DNA of 64,000 nucleotides from Octopus sinensis. Lineage: Eukaryota. Made by a program: the position numbers and the translations under genes. Below the pieces are notes generated by a model. The model did no database searches. It saw nothing but the letters and a program-made list of their open reading frames with translations, and was not told where the DNA came from. The DNA lies in contig NC_043011.1 in NCBI RefSeq assembly GCF_006345805.1, forward strand, positions 55,378,464-55,442,463, written 5' to 3'. Below are positions 1-11,910 of this stretch, piece by piece. Within the stretch, counting starts at the first letter, position 1; each line of letters begins with the position of its first letter.

Positions 1-299
1 AAAAGGCACAGAATGGAATTTTATTTCATTTTCAAACTTGAGAAACCACAAAATTAATTACCTGTGAAATATTTATTCGGGGACAAAGAAGTAAACACCA
101 AAGCAGTGTTTACAGACTTTTTATTTCACTTTATTTCTATTGCTAATTACCTTGAGAAAGCCATGAACATCACAACCTCTTGCTTATAACAATTACAATA
201 CTTTACAAGCAATTCTTAAACACAGAAATAATTTACTGAATAATAAGCAAAGTGAAAACTAGTTTCTCTTGGTTAAGTACAAAGGCTTTATATTTTGAG

Positions 300-672
300 G
301 GAGAAACATTCTTGGAATTCCATTTCTTGGGGAAAGCAAGCAGCTGCCTTGTTGCATTCCCTTGGATTTCCACAACATCTTCAATCTCGTTCCTTTCAAA
401 TGGGATTTGATTTTTGGCTTGGTTTCAGGGTCTTAACCAATTTGTCACCTGTTATGACCATTTTCTAAACAGTTTTGTTTTCCTTGATACAAAGAAGATC
501 TTCTTGAGACAACCACACTCTACACACTTTACTTCCAAACCAAGCATTGCTACAAACAACAGAAGTGAATGAGAACATTATAACTAAGTCTGTCTTACAC
601 AGAGGCATCAAGGTCAATCTGTGCCAAATGGATTCACTCTGCAATGGTCCTGATACTTTTTGATCAGACCTC
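300..672 (-). mobile_element. Mariner-like transposon remnant
   Basis: Terminal GAGGTCTGATCAAAAAGTATCAGGAC (672-647). Degenerate transposase C-terminus resembling KSHLKGTR.EDVVEIQGNATRQLLAFPK.EFQECF at ~300-410. Confidence 0.7.
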
Positions 673-951
673 ATGTGCATATTTGTGTATTTGTACTTCT
701 GTGTCTTGACAATGTGCAATAGCTGTAAACAAGAATCACCATCATACAGGCAGTGTCATATGTTTCCAATCTTCCATGAAAACATGTCCAGCCATGGGGA
801 AATATTACCATCTTGGTTGGCAACAGGCGAGGGTTGGCAACAGGAAGGGTATCTGGACATAGAAAACCTGCTTCAATAAATTCGTTTAACCCATGCAAGC
901 ATGGAAAAGTGGACATTACAATGATGATAATGACGGTGGTGGGTTGAAGAA

Positions 952-1184
952 GACAGCGAGCTGGCAGAAACCTTAGCGCACCAGGTGAAATACTTTGTGA
1001 TATTTCATCTGCCGTTACGTTCTGAGTTCAAATTCCGCCGAGGTCGACTTTGCCTTTCATCCTTTCGGGGTCGATAAATTAAGTACCAGTTATGCACTGG
1101 GGTCGATGTAATCGACTTAATCCGTTTGTCTGTCCTTGTTTGTCCTCTCTGTATTTAGCCCCTTATGGGTAGTAAAGAAATAGG
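952..1184 (+). mobile_element. tRNA-derived SINE family B (central domain resembles the Deu/Nin domain)
   Basis: GCGAGCTGGCAGAAA..GTTCAAATTCCGCCGAGGTCGACTTTGCCTTTCATCCTTTCGGGGTCGATAAA..AAAGAAATAGG. Other copies at about 20470-20905, 28765-29170, 30776-31010, 33575-33980, 38215-38400, 43700-43880 and 46184-46397. Confidence 0.8.
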
Positions 1185-1308
1185 TGGTAGGTTGCAGTTT
1201 GATAAGAGTTTATCAGAACTGGATTAACAGTTACAATGGATGCTTTGACAAATAATTTTAGTGTCGGATGGTTTTAGAGAATATTGAACACACTCCACTT
1301 TATCGTTT

Positions 1309-1340
<32 letters not shown>

Positions 1341-4326
1341 TTAACGTCCGCTTTCCATGCTATCATGGGTTGGACAATTTGACTGAGGTCTGGTGAACCA
1401 GACTCCAATCTGATCTGGCAGAGTTTCTACAGCTGGATGCCCTTCATACGCCAACCACTCCGAGAGTGTAGTGGGTGCTTTTTACATACCACCAGCACGA
1501 GGGCCAGTTTGGTGGTACTGGCAACGGCCACGCCCAAATGGTGCTTTTCATGTGCCACCTGCACAGGAGCCAGTCCAGTGGCACTGACGACGACCTCGCT
1601 CGAATGTTTCACGTGCCACCAGCACAAGTGCTAGTAAGGCGACACAGTAATGATCAAGAAAAAAATAAAAGTTGTTGCTATTTGGTACCTGTAATTAAAG
1701 GCATTCCAGCTGTGACCATCCTGTATTTTTTTGTAAAAAATGGTAGGATGTGATTTTAGGTATATTTCACTGCTATTTCCAGCAGGTTGAGCAACCATGT
1801 TGAGTAATGAAGACAAACCATTTTAGTTTGGTTGAAATCTTAATTTCTTCAATAATTCTGTAAGAGGTTTACTTTAGATTTAGGTAAATATTTAGATCTA
1901 AGTTTTTTCATGATATTGCAGAGATTTTTTCCAAAATTCATGTGTCACCTAAATCTCTGTAAGGATGTCACATAACCCATAAGTGGCCATCTCTAAAGAA
2001 GAGGCTACATTTGGGTGATGCAATAGTGGTACAAAAAAGAAAAAGGGGGTTTTTTTCAACAAGTATCCACCATATTTTAGTCATCCAAGAATGGCCTTGA
2101 AACTGGCCCAGTCATCTTCATAGAGAGTCACTTCCACAAGGCCTGACAGTCATTTCTACAAGTTATTCCAATGTCTGCAGTTGTCCAATAATCTGATCTG
2201 ACATAATGTTGGAAGTTATTTATGTTTTCGCTTGTTTCCACAACCTTAGACTCGCATTGCTGCATAACAGAGTCCAAATCTCTTCATAACAATTTAGTCT
2301 TAAGCATTTTTCTGTCTTGTTTATTATAAACTATATAATCACTAAAATACATCAGGCTCATTGAAACCACACAAACAAAAGAACACAACCTGCTGCTGCT
2401 ACTGCTGCTGCTACTGCTGAGATAAAACAAATGATTTCATTTCATTCATGAGAAAAAAGTTATTTTTGTCTGAAATTTTTGTCAGCTAAGCTGAGATACG
2501 GATCTTCTCTTGTTATACTGTCACCTTAAATCTAGTCACTGGAACATCAGGTCTTTACAAAGAAGAAGGAGGACTTTAAAACAAAAGATTCAGAAACAAA
2601 GAAACAAACAAGACACAAACAAGTTCTAATTTTCTTTTCCTTCAAGGTTGTCTACAAAATGTTTTTTTTTCCTTTTTACAAATAAGACACACATTTCGCA
2701 AATAAACAAATCAGTTCCCATTCTCCAACTGAAAATCATAATGCATGGAGTCGTGTTACTAATTACTCAGAATACTCTTAATTGTTATTCCCTGGGTCCA
2801 TCATTTTAACCACTCAACTATCAGCTATTTATTTAAGGGACAACACCTTAGACTCTTGTCAAAGACCAATGAGAGTGAAGCTATTCAGTTTGTATTCTAT
2901 TGTCTACAATAGTCCAAAGTAAACAAAATTGTTTACAAAGACATATTCCATTCAAATAAACCAATATTTGCTTAATTCACAAATCATACAGAAATTTCCA
3001 TTAAAGTATTAAAAAGAATCATTTTCTGATGAAATCTTCACCATTCTGACCCCATCTGGCCCCAGATTGGCCAATAGTTTCATCTTTCTTTACAGAAGAT
3101 GCAGGCATGGCTGTCTGATTAAGAAGACTGTTTCTCAACGATGGGGTCTTGAGTTCAAGCCTACTGCATGACACTTTGGGGAAGTGACTTTTACTATAGC
3201 CAGAGCCCAACCAATGCCTTGGGAGTGGATCTGGTAGAGAGAAACTGAAAGAACCCCATCATCATCATCATTAAATGTCTGCATGGGCTGGACATTTTAA
3301 ACAGGATCCAAAAGGTCAAGCACTGTGTTCTGATGTCTGCAAAAGGCATGATTTCTACAGTTAGCCATTCTAATGCCAACCACGATACAGCTTAGGTTTT
3401 TTGAGGTTACCCATGCAGCTCGCAGAACTACAAACCAGTGGGGGGGGGGGCTTCATGCAAGTGGGTGAGGGAATTGAACCATGAGAAGTGGGGGTGGAGC
3501 ATAGGTTCTTGCAGAGGATCTGCATGGCTACTTGTATTGTGAAGATGAAGGGGAGAGAAAGGAAAATGAACAAGGGGAGCTGCAAGAGCAATGAGGAGCC
3601 TAAGTGGCCCCTACAAGGCCCAAGGTGTGTTGAAGAATCAGTTTGTAAGAGTGTATAGGAAGGAGAATGAGGGGAAAGAGAGGCAGACTGCCAGAAGGGG
3701 TTAGGGTTGAAGAGTGGATGTGCAAAGAGCCATGAGTTGGGGAAGATAGGGGGACGTAGAAGTGGGGGGGGCCTGAGCAACAGGCATAGTAAAGATGATA
3801 CAGTTGTTGGTGCAGGGAGCACACCCCATCTTCCTTCTCATAGTTCAATCCTCCTTGTCCCCTAGCATGCAGTTGATCACCATCTCCAGGGTTTGTAGTC
3901 CAGCAAGCTGCATGACAACCTCAATAGAGCTGGTGATACAAAAAAAGCACCCAGCCCACACTGTAAAATGGATGGCATAAGAAAGGGCATCCAGCCATAG
4001 AAACAATGCCAAAACAGACATCGGTGCACAATGTAGTTCTCTAACACATCAGATCCTGTTAAAACTGTCCAACCCATGCCAGCATGAAAAACGGACGTTA
4101 AATGATGAGGGTTAGACAAATCTATAGCCACGGCAGTTCCACTCTACAACTGTAAAACTTCTAGCTCAGACAAATTTACAGAATGTTCAAACAATTTGTA
4201 GCATGGACCCCACCACTGGCACTTGAGCTTGGGCTATTTTATACTTGGAATGGTTCCATTCTAAGATGTGGCTGAGCACCAAGAACCGAAATCCAAACAG
4301 AACAATAGATGGAATGTTTCACAACT

Positions 4327-4733
4327 ATACTCTTTACTCTTTTACTTGTTTCAGTCATTTGACTGCGGCCATGCTGGAGCACCGCCTTTAGTCGAGCAAC
4401 TCGACCCCGGCACTTATTCTTTGTAAGCCCAGTACTTATTCTATCGGTCTCTTTTGCCAAACCACTAAGTGACGGGCACATAAACACGCCAGCATCGGTT
4501 GTCAAGCAATGCTAGGGGGACAAACACAGACACACAAACATACACGCACACATATATATATACATATATACGACGGGCTTCTTTCAGTTTCCGTCTACCA
4601 AATCCACTCACAAGGCTTTGGTCGGCCCGAGGCTATAGCAGAAGACACTTGCCCAAGGTGCCACGCAGTGAGACTGAACCCGGAACCATGTGGTTGGTAA
4701 ACAAGCTACTTACCACACAGCCACTCCTGCGCC
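4327..4733 (-). mobile_element. tRNA-derived SINE family A, full length, with internal microsatellite
   Basis: Head AGGCGCAGGAGTGGCTGTGTGGTAAG..GGTTCAGT..CTTGGGCAAGTGTCTTC, internal (TA)/(TG) tract and AAGAGT-type tail. Reverse complement of the copy at 14290. Confidence 0.85.
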
Positions 4734-4936
4734 TATATATATAAAAAAATACAAAATGGGACAAGAACGCAAAACATCAAGAAGACAATACAAAAAACAC
4801 GGACGGGTCATTCGAAGCCTTTAATCTTCAGTCAAGAACCGGATCATCCTCGCAATTTCGGTTGATTAATCTTGAGATTTCGCAACTATAAATACTTTCT
4901 TATGATGCTAACTTTGGTAATGTGGACATATCTTAG

Positions 4937-5379
4937 GGGGATCTTTTCTGTTTGAACAGCAGTTTTTTCTAGCAGTGTCATATGAAATTGTCATCCATAA
5001 TTATGACCCTAGTATCGATCTATTGCATTTCAATCTGTTTTAGGGTTAGGGTTTGAATTAGGGTTAGTTAGGGTTAGAGGTGGGGGGAAGGGTATCTTTT
5101 TTTCTTCAGAAATGTAAATAAACCCAATCTGTTTCTTAAACGAGGGACATATTCATGCGGCACAGAATGTTTTCACCTCAATAGATGTCATTGATTGGTT
5201 GAAATTGCAGAAATTGAAGAAAAAAAACAACAAATATCTTACAAACTATAGAATTTTCTCAATAAAGCTAAGAGAAAAAGATGTTTTATAAACACAATCT
5301 ACCAGTATACAAAGTTTAAAAGTGTTTAGTTATGTGGAAATTATTTTAAAAAACTGCCGGTCAAACCGTAAAGATCCTC
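4937..5379. mobile_element. MITE with ~28-bp TIRs, TTAG target duplication and internal TTAGGG-like repeats
   Basis: GGGGATCTTTTCTGTTTGAACAGCAGTTTT..AAAACTGCCGGTCAAACCGTAAAGATCCTC, with TTAG at 4933-4936 and 5380-5383. A second copy lies at ~6433-6845 and an inverted half at ~26915-27125. Confidence 0.85.
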
Positions 5380-6362
5380 TTAGTGAAGTATCTTAGCCAT
5401 AGAGTAATTACTATAATCCAAGTGATGACACACTGCAGCATCCGGTAATTGAATCACCAGCAATGCTGTTCATGATTAAACATAAAATGAACTCAACTGG
5501 TTACATCTCTCATAATGGAAAAAAAAAGGGTCGTCAGGCCATTAGCCAACTTAAACAAACTGGATTATATCAAAGTACACACCATATTGTTCACCATAGA
5601 GGTTATTTGGCTATTTCAAGTCGCCCATTTACATAATAGACATTTTCCTCTTAACCTTTTAATATCAGGATAGCTTACACAATTTTTGCAATTTGGTACA
5701 GTTCCTCATTTTCTTCCTGTAAAAGTAGAGGCTTTATAGGAAGGTTTCCTGACTCAAGGCTGGTGAACAATGACATTCAGTTATTCGTTTTTATTTTATT
5801 TTTTTGTTATTTACACACTTGTTTGGAAAATTCTATTCACACTCTTCAAAAAGTTTTAATATCCATGGCTTGGACTCTCTAATTTCCTCTCTTTAACAGT
5901 CCACCATTATCACACACACACACACACGCATATATCATTTCATTTCATCCAGTTTCAGTTCACAAACTGTGGCCATGCTGGGGCACTGCCATTCTTTTTT
6001 TGTACAACTGGGGTCGCCACCAGCCCCTGCCGGAGACTCATGGAGCTTTTTTTTAAGTGTTTTCGCTCAATAAACACACACAAGGCCCAGTCGGGGAATC
6101 AAAACCACGATCATCTGACCGCAAGTCCATTGCCCTAACCACTGGGCCATTGCGCCTCCACATATGATCAAGAAAAGAAAATGTTTTAGGTTTCTTGAAA
6201 GCAATTTGATATATAAAACACGGTGCATCTCATTCCACAACTCAGAAACCCTAAAGACGAAATCCAGGAAGAAATGAAGAGGAAACAGGGTATCTGAACC
6301 AAAAATGACGAGTAGTCGGGTGACTAGAGAAGGCGGGTAGACCATTCAATCTTGTAAAAAAA

Positions 6363-6397
<35 letters not shown>

Positions 6398-6432
6398 ATT
6401 AGGAAAGGAAACAAATATTGAGAGGAGAGAGC

Positions 6433-6845
6433 AGGGATCTTTTCGGTTTAAACGGCAGTTTTTTCTAGCAGTGTCATATGAAATTGTCACCCATAATTAT
6501 GACCCTAGTATCGATCTATTGCATTTCAATCTGTTTTAGGGTTAGGGTTAGGGGGAGGGGTATCTTTTTTTTCTTCACAAATGTAAATAAACCCAATCTG
6601 TTTTTAAACGAGGGACATATTCATACGGCACAGAATGTGTTCGCCTCAATAGAAGTCATTGATTGGTTGAAATTGCAGAAATTGAAGAAAAAAAAACAAC
6701 AAATATCTTACAAACTATAGAATTTTCTCAATAAAGCCAAGAGGAAAAGATGTTTTATAAACACATTCTACCAGTATACGAAGTTTAAAAGTGTTTAGTT
6801 ACAAAGAAATTATTTTTAAAAACTGCCGTTCAAACCGAAAAGATC
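6433..6845. mobile_element. Second copy of the TTAGGG-containing MITE
   Basis: Near-collinear with 4937-5379; TIRs GGATCTTTTCGGTTT..AAACCGAAAAGATC. Confidence 0.85.
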
Positions 6846-9769
6846 GGAGAACAGAGGTGGCTGGAATTGTAGTGTATAAAGCTCGGGGGGGGGGAATGAG
6901 AAAGCGGAAACATCAATTCTGATTGAATTGGGAAAAAACATTGATATCAGAATGAGTTCAGGTTTTAACACACACACAACACACACATACACACACACAC
7001 TGTTCTGTTCTGTACATAAACGAAGTTGTCATCATTAACTTTAAATTCAGGCGTTTCATTTTGAAATTCTCATCATAATTGTTAACTGAGGCCCTTTAAA
7101 GCAGTCAAAATACTTTCCAAAGAGTCCAGATTCATACGAATTAGCTAGCAAACACATATAAGAAATCAACGGGAGAACCTTTACATGCTCGCTAGAGATT
7201 CTAGAAATAACAGTCAAAACGACTTCAAATCGCACCTTAGCGTTTTATTTAACAAAAGAACACATATTATAGAGTCCTTCTATACCTCTGGAACAGACGG
7301 ATGGTAACAAATAGAATGTCTTTGACTGACCAATGCTCGATCGACGAGGGCGGGGATATAAGGTACCAAAAAAATCACTACCACCACCATCTGAGTTCGG
7401 AAACTTTGAAAATTCAAAGAACATTATAAACAAACGTGTTTATGATATTAAAAGTGAAATTTCAAACTGATAAAAAAAAAATGAGCATGCAGACATAACT
7501 AGAAGTGTGTGTGTGTGTGTGTGGTGTGTGTGGTGTGTGTGTGTGTGTGTGTGTGTGCGTGGTGTGTGTGTGTGTGTGTGTTAGAATTCGACATTTACGT
7601 GGTTTCACAGTTTGTGAAGAACACAAGATGTGAAACCTTAGTTGCAAAGCGGGTAACCTCTATGCAGTCACTTGACCTGCTAGAAATAGCTGCCAACTGC
7701 CCTCAAATCGCATATCTTACCGTCTGAAAGCAAGAACACGCTGCACAATGAAGACCTAGAGAACACAAAAACAGGGTGGTCACGGTTGGGTCATAGATCT
7801 GTTCCATCAGAAACTGACCTGTGGCTAAACTATGACAGTAACAACGATATACACACACACACACACACACACATATGTATGTAAGCAAACGAGGGACCCT
7901 CAACGCAGTCACTCGACTTGCTAGAAATAGCAGCCAAATTCCTTCAAATTACATACTACCGTCTTAAAAAAATGAAGGACACATTGGACACTGTAGTTCC
8001 AGATATATAAAGAGATGGAATGGTCACGGCTGGAATACGTTTGACAATAGGCCTGCTCGATCATTGATTTGGGGTTAAACAACATTACTAATAACAGTCA
8101 ATATATAACTCCTCGAACGAGGAACCCTCTACATAGTAGCTCAGCCTGCTAGAAATAGCAACCAAATTTCTTTAACATAGCCTCCCATCGTTAAAAAGGA
8201 CTAATTGGATAATGTAGTCCGAGGTAGACTACTCCATAAGTCTACTCCACCAGGATCGATTTAGGACTCAACAATTACAATAATATAAAGGATATCTCTG
8301 TGGATCGTTCGCATTGCCAGGAATGGCAGCCAAATTCTTGTAGTTTGTGGGGAGAAAAGGGCAGTGGGGCACTGGGTTGTGGACCCTAATATATAAGACG
8401 GATGGTCACCGATGGAACGCTTTTGATCACGTCTGCCTTTACAGGGCTGATCTCGAGTAAAACAAAAATAAATACACGAGAGAAAGAGCAAATTAGAGTT
8501 TAAAAAAGAGAGATTTCTCTGCTCTGTTGATTAATCGTTTTATGGGATTTACTGATTAGACAGGTTTACTTAATGAAAACAGGTAAAAAAAATCAAACAA
8601 TGTCGAAATATAAAAACTCGTTTATACAGAAATATTAAATGCTTCCTGGTGGTTGGGAAAACTCACTGGTTTGTAGAGGAGCCAACTACGTGGCCACACA
8701 AACTGCTAAAAATGGCAGCCAAACTGCCTTCAAATCACCCCCACTCCGTTGTCTTAATGACACGTAGTTTAACGTGGTCTGCGATGCTTTGCAAATGGGA
8801 GAGTCACGGGTGGATTGTTTCTGATCATATGTTTACTTGATCAGGACTGACCTAGAGCTAAAGAAACACTAATATGGAGATTAAATAAGAACTTGTAGCA
8901 AAAGGGTGAAAGGAATGAATTCAAAGATCGTTGTGGTTTGTGGTGACTTGGATATTGTGGGAGAAAAGGAGAGGGTTTGTAAACGAGGGAACCGACATGT
9001 GAAAACAGACAAAAAGACGAATAAAAGAAATCTATTGATATTAAGAGTGTAAAAAGTCTTCTTTCTTTACTTTCCTTTTTACATTTTCCCTTTTTCTTTG
9101 CTTCCTTGCTTCTGAGAAAGACTGATCAATATTTTGGTTGGATGAGAAATACGTGTATTTAAGACAGAAAAGACAAAATAACGTGTTATATGGGGCAATG
9201 GTGTGGATTTTGCCACATCGACACTGGTCTCTGAAATGACCAAATGCTTAATTAAAGTTTAAAACCTATAAAAAGAAAAACTATGAAAGAAAACAACGTG
9301 AAACCGGGTTATATGAGACTGTGACAGTGTATAAAATATGATCGAGGAATTTACAGATGTATTCGTTGTATGACAGGAACAGAGAGAGAGAGAGAAAGAA
9401 AGAAAAGATGTGTGGGTTAGAATCCTAGCAGAGCCCGGTCGAAATGTCATTAGGTCTTTGCCAAAGGAAAACATTAAAACAAAATAAGTAGATAAAGAGA
9501 ATGTCTCCATGCAACCTGGGGCAAAGTATTGAATGGCCTGACATAGATATATAAACACGGTGAAATATAAGAGAGAAAGAGGAAGGGAGGAAACGCACGT
9601 TGTCGGGTTAAAAAGATTTTACAGCAGAGAAGGTTTTGTTTAACGAAAACAAAATCAGTTCAACTAGAAAAGATGAGGAGGAGAGAGAGAGAGAGAGAGA
9701 GAAGAAAAAAGGAGACAAATATAAGAGAATAATAATTAACGGAGAAACCGCTTTTGATTAATGAATAAA

Positions 9770-9803
9770 GAATATATATATATATGTATGTTATATATAT
9801 ATA

Positions 9804-9839
<36 letters not shown>

Positions 9840-9911
9840 TACATACATAAATACATACATATATACATACATACATACATACATACATACATACATACAT
9901 ACATACATACA

Positions 9912-9943
<32 letters not shown>

Positions 9944-9985
9944 CACACACACACACATACACACACACATATATATATATATGCA
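9770..9985. repeat. Compound (TA)n/(TACA)n/(CA)n microsatellite
   Basis: Direct inspection. Confidence 0.95.
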
Positions 9986-11185
9986 TATATGCATGTGAAG
10001 ATGTAACTTTGGAGCGATAGTTGAAAAGCCGAGTGAATTGTCATTTGTAAAGTGTTCACTTACCATTTAATGTTGTAAACGAGTCAACATGATGATGATT
10101 CCGATGTCAGAACAAGTCATGTGATGAGAGAAAAGGGTGGCGGCTTTCGTGGCCATGTGACACGGCTGGGGCGGACCAGGGCGCTGAGCAGGATTTTTCA
10201 AAAAGCGACGGTGGTGACACTAGCAATTGTCATACGCACGCATACGATTACAATTAATATTACAAGCTGACAATAGACTTGCAGCTGCTTTCACAAAGCT
10301 GTCTAGAGGCTCCCTAGCTCTGCTGCTCTGACAGTCAGCAAATAACTCCCTTAACCAAAGAGATGCTTTTAAACTTTTTATTCAATTTTATTTTTTTTAC
10401 ATCTGCAAAGAATGGAGGGAAAAATTATTCTGTCCCCGATATGTTTATTTTCTTGCAGCAAAATTACATTTAAAATATATTGGAGTCAAAATTTAAAACG
10501 AAAGCATTTCAGTTTCACGAAACCCTCGACCATTGGCATGTTGAGAAGCCATACACGCTGACAGGGGTCTGCGGTTGTAAGCTCGTTTATACCCGGCCAT
10601 CCTACCTTGCATCATCTCAGCTGTGAGGCTCTGTCGTCTCAGATATGATTGAGTGCTATATCATTTGATCGACTGTTATTTTAATATCAACTCTTGATAT
10701 ACTTTTTCGTTTGCTGTGCATACCATGCGGTCGCCTACAACTCATTCCTCTTACCCTCTTTAATTGATGCTATTTCTCGATGAGTTATCTCATACAACCC
10801 AAAGTAGTGTGTGTGTGTATGCATGTGTATCTATGTGTGTATATATATACATTCGTGGCACGCTGTCAGTTACGACGACGACGGCGGTTCCAGTTGATCT
10901 GATAAACGGAACAGCCTGCTCGAGAAATTAACATGTAAATGACTGAGCACTTCACAGACACGTGTACCCTTAACGTAGCTCTCGGGGAGATTCAGCGTGA
11001 CACAGTTTGTGACAAGGCTGGTCCTTTTTTGAAATACAGGTACAAGGAGAAACAGGAAGAAAGAGTGAGAGAAAGTTGTGGTGAAAGAGTACAGCAGGGT
11101 TGACCATCCACCCCCACTGCCGAAGCGTCGTGGAGCTTTAGATGTTTTCGTTCAATAAACACTCACAACACCCGGTCTGGGAATC

Positions 11186-11910
11186 TTTATGAAATTGACC
11201 ATGCATTCTTTTCTTTACCCACCTATTTTCAGTTTCATTCGCTTTCAATTTCTTGTATAGTGCTTTATCTTTGCAATCTTTCATCCTACACAAACCTGAC
11301 CTTATTACTTCTAAATTATTATTATTATTATTGTTGAGTGAGAGAGCAGTGCATGCCATCAAAGTGACACTGGGGTAAAATATACGAAGCCCAGTATACC
11401 CATCATGACTACCCGTCTGATAAGGATACACTAGGCACATGCATCACAACCATATGTGCGCGATATGGTGATCTCATATCAAGATAAACAGTGCATGACC
11501 TTGCAGGTGGGGCCCAGTTAGAATTTTCTTCTGGTCGAGTAGCCCATCCCGCTCAAAAGGTCCCTGAATAAGGATTGTTTAAGGATGTTGAACGAACCAC
11601 CCATGTTTCTAAAGGTGAATTATCCAAACCTCCAAGAATTCCTTTCAACACACGGCTATGATGCTCCCCCACTACTTCTGCTCGTGATCAGAGATGCACA
11701 TATCATCAGCCACTAAGGGACATGCTCAACTGATTAAGGTCAAACAACTGACAAGCAAATCTGTGGTATTGAGCAGAATATTCGCTGTAGCCCATCTTTT
11801 ATACCAAGACAAAACAATGTACATGATAACACTTCCAATCAGTTAAGATCAGGAGCCATGAGAGCCACTGTCTGGTACTGCATCAGGGCATTTATTATTA
11901 TTATTATTAT
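11186..11910 (-). mobile_element. Non-LTR element remnant (R4/Dong-like) flanked by (TAA)n
   Basis: A ~570-bp segment bounded on both sides by (TAA)n, followed by ..ENRWVKKRMHGQF, a motif I associate with R4/Dong-type RTs. Confidence 0.45.

Noticed and set aside
3019-3210. ORF with RLELKTPS..KKDET resembling the KIAA0825 C-terminus
   Set aside because: Most of the match is the reverse complement of a SINE-A head (3100-3258); only a 5-residue coincidence remains.
4800-4885. Hammerhead-ribozyme-like cores near PLE-type ends (also ~53430-53480)
   Set aside because: No intact CUGANGA..GAAA core with closing stems could be drawn.
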